From positions 1 through 64,000 of IMG/VR virus record IMGVR_UViG_3300030673_000004: a DNA stretch of 64,000 bases; one strand, written 5' to 3'. The notes under the pieces are model-generated. The model saw nothing but the letters and a program-made list of their open reading frames with translations. It ran no database searches and had not been told where the DNA came from. How positions within the stretch are numbered: position 1 is the first letter of the stretch; every line of letters begins with the position of its first letter. Shown here one piece after another: positions 58,869-64,000 of this stretch. The translations under genes were made by a program, and so were the position numbers.

Positions 58869-59973
58869 GAGGAGCGACTTCTTTAAGCGCTATACTAAAA
58901 GCTACGGACCACTCAAGGACAAAGTTGTTAAGCAGTATGCTATCATCCACAGCAAACGTCTGCATACGCTCACAAAGCTTCTCAAGAGCTGGCAAGAACT
59001 GCAAAAACATCCTAGTCCAAACAGGCCGAGGCACGCCTGCAACAAGACTACAATAATCAGCAATCTCATAACTACGCAAACCAACACCAGAAACGAAATA
59101 CACCGCTAGTTTACTAGAAAACAACAAAAGTGTCTTTATGATCACACGATAATCATCAGATTTAGATATCTCCGTAAGAGCATCACGAGGATTCCCGCAA
59201 ACAATAGCCCGCAACGTATTAGCAGCAATAGTAGTTGGAGACTGAGATACAAAAGATGCAACAGATGCTGGATCAGTTAACCCACCCGACGATATACCAC
59301 AATGCAACATGTGAAGAGCATCACGATAGTGATACCCGGAAGCACGAGCAATTTCGGTAAGAACTTCAGCCGAAACAGTAAGACCTTCAGCCGAAATAAC
59401 ACGAGTAAGCAACGTAAGAATGTCTGCAAGAGAAGGAAGCTCGGTCTTAACTTGAACACACCTAGAAATAAGCTCAGGTGCCAATCCAGAAATATGATTT
59501 GAGGAAAAGACCCAAATTATATGGGGCGCTGGTGGTGTCTCAACAGGTATCAACAACTGAGATTGTGCTGCTGGTGTTAAAGTATGAGCTTCATCTAGAA
59601 CAGTAACACGATGTGCCGAAATACGTGGTCGAAATTTAACCGATTCAATAAGATCACGAGCTTCGGCTACTCCGATACTGCGACTATTCTTATACTGATA
59701 ATCGCTATTAGCTGTAAGCTGACAAGTACACGCAGGACATACCCCACAAGGAGTACCATCCGGCTGAGGTGTTTTGCACAATAAATGCCTAGCTAAAATA
59801 GCAGCAACAGTTGTTTTTCCGCAACCATATGGGCCGGATATCATAACTGCCTGAGGCGTTTCACCATTAGCAATCATACGTGAAAGAGCTTTAATAGAAG
59901 GACTAGGATTAACTAAATCCCCAAAAGTAGTAGGTCTATAGAGTGTTCCCAAATTATGAGCTTCTATAGGCAT
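58855..59973 (-). CDS. dnaX: clamp loader gamma/tau-like subunit
   Basis: YRPTTFGDLV, GPYGCGKTT, PCGVCPAC, LDEAH, SRC. Confidence 0.88.
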   Translation of the reverse strand: MPIEAHNLGTLYRPTTFGDLVNPSPSIKALSRMIANGETPQAVMISGPYGCGKTTVAAILARHLLCKTPQPDGTPCGVCPACTCQLTANSDYQYKNSRSIGVAEARDLIESVKFRPRISAHRVTVLDEAHTLTPAAQSQLLIPVETPPAPHIIWVFSSNHISGLAPELISRCVQVKTELPSLADILTLLTRVISAEGLTVSAEVLTEIARASGYHYRDALHMLHCGISSGGLTDPASVASFVSQSPTTIAANTLRAIVCGNPRDALTEISKSDDYRVIIKTLLLFSSKLAVYFVSGVGLRSYEIADYCSLVAGVPRPVWTRMFLQFLPALEKLCERMQTFAVDDSILLNNFVLEWSVAFSIALKEVAPHAAA

Positions 59974-59975
59974 CG

Positions 59976-60164
59976 TTATTTAACCACCTTATAGTCAGGA
60001 GACCACTTATGCACAAAAACTATACCTTTAGTAGTTAGCTTCAAGGCCCCATCCGCATCAGGACAAAGTAAACCCTTACGCTGAGCATCTACAGCATAGT
60101 CCGTATCACCTGTGGTTAAAAAACGCACAAGATCAGAAGCAAGATCGCAATTTACGTGTGCCAA
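59976..60164 (-). CDS. small hypothetical protein
   Basis: ORF fills a gap in the operon. Confidence 0.45.
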   Translation of the reverse strand: MAHVNCDLASDLVRFLTTGDTDYAVDAQRKGLLCPDADGALKLTTKGIVFVHKWSPDYKVVK

Positions 60165-60167
60165 GTC

Positions 60168-61211
60168 TTATTCTTTCGAGTACTTAGAAAGTATAGTATT
60201 GATAGTATCCAAACTATTTTGCTTCTGCTGTTCCAAAGAAGCAAGATGAGCCAACTCATCGTCAAGATGAGTTCTATCTAAAGGATTTACCGTAACAGGT
60301 AAGAAAATGCGTAAAGCCTCAGAAAGAATAGTAGCAGGAGACGCCGCCTTATACGTTTTTGTACTAAGCACAACAGCAGGTACCGGATCCGTCCTGAGTA
60401 AGGAAGACTGAGAGCAAAACCAGTAAATATTGTTGTTTCGAGACTTGAACAACACCTGTAGAGGAGCATCAAAACAAGGATGATACATAGTAACATCAGA
60501 AAGTTTAACACAGTACAAACCAGAAAACGGCTTGTTAGCAACTAAACACAAAAAACAAGGCTCAGAAGGAGCACCAGAAACGAGACCAAAAGCATTAAGA
60601 GCAGCAACCACATAGGCGGTGGGAAACGTTAGGCAATCCACAGAAGCAGACAAAACGCCCTCCCCTAAACCCAGACTGGAAGCGGACACGCTGGTAGTGG
60701 AACAAACACAACCGCCGCCCTTCTTTCCGCTTACAGGATAAAACTCAGCTTCAGAGCTAAAGCAATATATACCAGAGGGCACATGATTAATACCAGGATT
60801 AATCTCATTCTTGTATGGAACATAAGTCTCTGTTGAATACAACGATTCAATACTAGCTTCCGATAAATCATCACAAGCACCAAAGGTACCATCAGGTGCC
60901 ATAAAAGCAGGAGCAGAAGGCACGTCTAAACCAGTATCAGACCCAGATAAAGAACCAAGATCTGCGATAGAAAATCCAGAAAATAAACTACTCTGAATTC
61001 GCTCCAATGCAGCAGCCTCTTCCTCAGAGGGCGGTGGCAATCTAAACGCCTCAGGTGTCTCTGCCAGAGGAAGATCTAAAATATGAGCCAAAGGAACACC
61101 CCCAGCAAATGGAGGTGGTGCATCTGTAGCTACGTCAGAAGATGTATCTAAGGTAGTACTCACAGCAGATAGTAAACTGTCAAGGCGCTGAGCCAACTTG
61201 TCTTGGGACAT
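60168..61211 (-). CDS. hypothetical protein
   Basis: 347 aa; ATG 7 nt after GTAAAT. Confidence 0.6.
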   Translation of the reverse strand: MSQDKLAQRLDSLLSAVSTTLDTSSDVATDAPPPFAGGVPLAHILDLPLAETPEAFRLPPPSEEEAAALERIQSSLFSGFSIADLGSLSGSDTGLDVPSAPAFMAPDGTFGACDDLSEASIESLYSTETYVPYKNEINPGINHVPSGIYCFSSEAEFYPVSGKKGGGCVCSTTSVSASSLGLGEGVLSASVDCLTFPTAYVVAALNAFGLVSGAPSEPCFLCLVANKPFSGLYCVKLSDVTMYHPCFDAPLQVLFKSRNNNIYWFCSQSSLLRTDPVPAVVLSTKTYKAASPATILSEALRIFLPVTVNPLDRTHLDDELAHLASLEQQKQNSLDTINTILSKYSKE

Positions 61212-61257
61212 AGCTGAAATTTACAGCAAACAGGGCAAACTGTCAGTAGAAATAAAC

Positions 61258-61290
61258 AAAAAGCGAAGACCCCATAAAGGTCTTCGCTTT
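61258..61290 (-). terminator. intrinsic terminator
   Basis: AAAGCGAAGACC...GGTCTTCGCTTT with a T run on the minus strand. Confidence 0.7.
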
Positions 61291-61314
61291 GAATTGAAAT
61301 GTCCAGAGGTTACA

Positions 61315-62127
61315 TTACCAGGCGCTATCCGAGGTAGCAGCGGCACGTTCCAGTGCATTGGAGTGTTCCTGCTCAGGAGACACATCTTCCGCCTCAGGCT
61401 CACACGATTCACACGTACAGTCAGAAGCGGAAACAGGAGTGGCAGCACAGCCCCCATCGAAGTCCGGACTGTCAACCAGATGATCTAAAGGAGCAGATAC
61501 AGGCTCCGCAACAGAAAGAAGATACAACTTAGTCGTATTGCTAGTCCGACCCTGAGAAGCAACGGAATGTCCTTCCCTGATATCGCGAGCAACAAAACCC
61601 GTGTTGCTCAGAGCTTCAACGTAGGATTCACGCTCGGTACCCGTGGCCGTAGCATATACCGTGTGATCGGACTCCAAAAGAGCCAGAGCTGTAGTGATGA
61701 TCAGTTCATAGAACTCGCGCAACTTGAATTCGTCAACAGCGCGAACCCAGTTCAGAGCGTAAGCAGCATCAACGTTGACAGAGAATGCGTCATTCACACG
61801 ATGACGATAGCCGCGAGCATCGCGACGGATAGATGCACAACCAACAAGGTTCCCGGATTCGTCAAAAGCCAAGAAGATACCCTTAGCAGCGCGCACACGA
61901 TCCCAAAGTCCTTCCGGGCGAATGGAATGACCGCGCTGAATCAAACCCAGAAGAGCTTCGGGCAGATCCGGCTCAGTTGCCTGCGGATAAGTGTCACGAA
62001 TACTGCTCAACTCGTTGCCCGACACACAGACAAGAGCAGCCAGATTGGGAACCGCATCAAACACAATCTCCATCGCGTCGATGGTATTGTTGCGAGAACA
62101 GTTCCGGCTGCGAATGATCTTGACCAT
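61315..62127 (-). CDS. GNAT-fold-like protein
   Basis: FLAFDESGNLVGCASI ... LNWVRAV ... ALSNTGF; AGGAG SD; promoter TTGACA-17-TATCTT at 62181-62209. Confidence 0.5.
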   Translation of the reverse strand: MVKIIRSRNCSRNNTIDAMEIVFDAVPNLAALVCVSGNELSSIRDTYPQATEPDLPEALLGLIQRGHSIRPEGLWDRVRAAKGIFLAFDESGNLVGCASIRRDARGYRHRVNDAFSVNVDAAYALNWVRAVDEFKLREFYELIITTALALLESDHTVYATATGTERESYVEALSNTGFVARDIREGHSVASQGRTSNTTKLYLLSVAEPVSAPLDHLVDSPDFDGGCAATPVSASDCTCESCEPEAEDVSPEQEHSNALERAAATSDSAW

Positions 62128-62226
62128 TAGATATCTCCTAAATGCTTAAGGTTGAACAAAGTAGACTAACCAACAACCAAAAGATAACCAATATTTGTAT
62201 AGATGTCAAGGTCCTGCTTGCTAATT

Positions 62227-64000
62227 CTACAGTTTTGGTGCATCTAAAGACCATACCTGAGAAATTCCACCAGCAGCCAGAGCCTCTAAAACAGAGGATC
62301 CCTTAAGGAAAGCACGCCGACCGGACTCGTAAGCCACGAGGTTTCTGCTGCCAACAGACAAAAGATCTGCAGAACTAAAAGAACTAAGAGATGCTTTTGA
62401 AACAAAAGCACCAGAACGAGACATCAACTTATCCCCGTCATGATACATATAGACAGAAGACGGAATAAACTTAAACAGACGGGTACCGCGACCATTTCTA
62501 CGATTCTCGGGGATATCTTTAACAAGCACACGGTGTGCTTGCCCAGCAGTATCCCACGCAACAAGAGTAGAACTATCTTGAGCGCTGAAGGCATAGCGTA
62601 AGCCTGTTTTTGCTAAAGGGTAGTCAGAGCCACGAGCAGACAAAGCAACCTTCACCACAAAACCATCCTCAGTCACAGCCACAATATACGAAAAAGCATG
62701 GGACGCAATCCCTACAATGTTCCTAAATGTTTTGCTTTGAACGCCAGAAGCATCACTAGACACATTTAGAGCAAGACCCGAAGCATCAACCAGAGTTATC
62801 CCAGAATACGATCCAACAACATACATATCCGAAGTTGTTGTTGTACGAATTGGTTGGATATCACTAAAAACACGACCGTCACGTGTGACGCCAAATGCAA
62901 GGGTGTCCCCTTGAGAGACTAAAGCTGCGACAGGTGCAGCATCCGGGCGAATCTGTGTTCGACGGGCATCTTGATATTTCCGAAGCGCCTGTAACTCCCT
63001 AATAACAACCGCAGCTAAATTAGCTTTATCTGCAGTTACAGAAGCAAGAGATGCCTCCAGCTTAACAATACGACCCCTCTGTACTGTTAGGTCAGCACGA
63101 CGTAAATCACGCAAACGCAGATCTAAAATAAAACGAGCGGCCTCCTTCGTACATTTAAGAACACTACATAATTCATCTATTGATGATGATACATCACCAT
63201 CGGTAGCAAGAATCTTAACAAGGACAGAAATATTCAACATAGCAAGTAATCGAGCATTCTCAATCATCAAATCATGTTCAATCTTATCACCCTGTAGACC
63301 AAGCAGCTTGGCTTCCTCACCCTCCCGCCAAGAGATCCAAGACTTAAGCAACGTGAGAAGATTTGTCGGACGAAAAGCTATATCATCGACACTGTTACGT
63401 ACTGTAATGTTCAAGTTATAAGAACTACGCGAATGCAGAGATTTGATAACAGCATCTAAAGCAGGTTTATTATCAACACCCACATGTATCTCTTTAATCG
63501 TACCATTATTCTCATCATAAATCAAATCAAACGAACGGATCATCCGAGCTTCAGTTAAAGCTGGAATTGTCTTTTCGGCAAATTTAGTAACTCGCCAGCT
63601 ATCAGGCCAACCTACAATTTTTATAGACGTAATCTTGGGGTCAAAATCATCAGGACCCACGGTATAGTCACAAGCGTATTCTAATCGACCAGACCCGCGT
63701 TCGTAAAGAGAATAAACATCATCAGGGGATGATAAAAGAATACCACCAGAAATACAGTCAGGTCCCTGTATATGCTTAAGAACAGTACGAAGTGTTGCAG
63801 ACTCACCAGATCTAGCTACATAAATCAAAGCATCAATCACTTCTTTCAGATTATGTGATGGTAGTGTGTTTTTTAGACCAACAGCAATACCGTCAGAACC
63901 ATTAAGTAGGATCAGTGGTAGGCGTGAGCTGAAAATCAAAGGTTCTTTCAATTCATCTGAGTAGTTAGGAACCATAGGCGCAACAGACAAACAAGAAAAT
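62227..64000 (-). CDS. gyrA: type IIA topoisomerase subunit A (GyrA/ParC), 5' end outside the window
   Basis: PNY..KEP..LPLILLNGSDGIAVG..PSHNLKEV, GPD, ILDLRLRDL, degenerate pinwheel CTD. Confidence 0.88.
   Translation of the reverse strand, partial: FSCLSVAPMVPNYSDELKEPLIFSSRLPLILLNGSDGIAVGLKNTLPSHNLKEVIDALIYVARSGESATLRTVLKHIQGPDCISGGILLSSPDDVYSLYERGSGRLEYACDYTVGPDDFDPKITSIKIVGWPDSWRVTKFAEKTIPALTEARMIRSFDLIYDENNGTIKEIHVGVDNKPALDAVIKSLHSRSSYNLNITVRNSVDDIAFRPTNLLTLLKSWISWREGEEAKLLGLQGDKIEHDLMIENARLLAMLNISVLVKILATDGDVSSSIDELCSVLKCTKEAARFILDLRLRDLRRADLTVQRGRIVKLEASLASVTADKANLAAVVIRELQALRKYQDARRTQIRPDAAPVAALVSQGDTLAFGVTRDGRVFSDIQPIRTTTTSDMYVVGSYSGITLVDASGLALNVSSDASGVQSKTFRNIVGIASHAFSYIVAVTEDGFVVKVALSARGSDYPLAKTGLRYAFSAQDSSTLVAWDTAGQAHRVLVKDIPENRRNGRGTRLFKFIPSSVYMYHDGDKLMSRSGAFVSKASLSSFSSADLLSVGSRNLVAYESGRRAFLKGSSVLEALAAGGISQVWSLDAPKL

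Noticed and set aside
1-64000. tRNA/rRNA genes and stop-codon reassignment
   Set aside because: No cloverleaf or rRNA-like segment recognised by eye (a tRNA scan would be decisive); genes are full length in the standard code and end in TAA, TGA and TAG

Overview
The window looks like part of a large (jumbo-like) myophage genome read in the standard bacterial code. Family calls below come from motif recognition only; no database search was run. 1-18 kb (mostly minus strand) is an accessory and metabolic region: GT-B glycosyltransferase, NrdC.11/RlaP-like and CCA-type nucleotidyltransferases, an HD-CoaD-CoaE gene split by an IS607 (TnpA+TnpB) element, 5'-nucleotidase, SpoVG, a sigma factor, and a complete NAD+ salvage operon (pncB-nadE-pncA-nadD-nrtR). 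18-35 kb (plus strand) carries an SF2 helicase, baseplate hub with lytic transglycosylase, spike, Hsp20, RuvC-like resolvase, DnaB, a clamp-like protein, dNMP kinase and a tubulin/FtsZ-like protein. 35-64 kb (minus strand) carries ThyX, PolA with an HNH intein, SbcCD, RecA with a LAGLIDADG intein, a degenerate topoisomerase IA, a putative SSB, a second sigma factor, a Cas4-like nuclease, DnaX and GyrA/ParC. The best candidate for a new system is the deamidating NAD+ rebuilding operon with its own ADP-ribose-sensing NrtR regulator and a GT-N7-AC palindrome at the predicted transcription start. It could let the phage sense and counter NAD-depleting host defences. Also notable: an IS607 that appears to have captured a cargo gene between repeated TGTTAC cores, and two promoter classes (TTGACA-17-TATATT and GTAAAT), each with several predicted leaderless transcripts.
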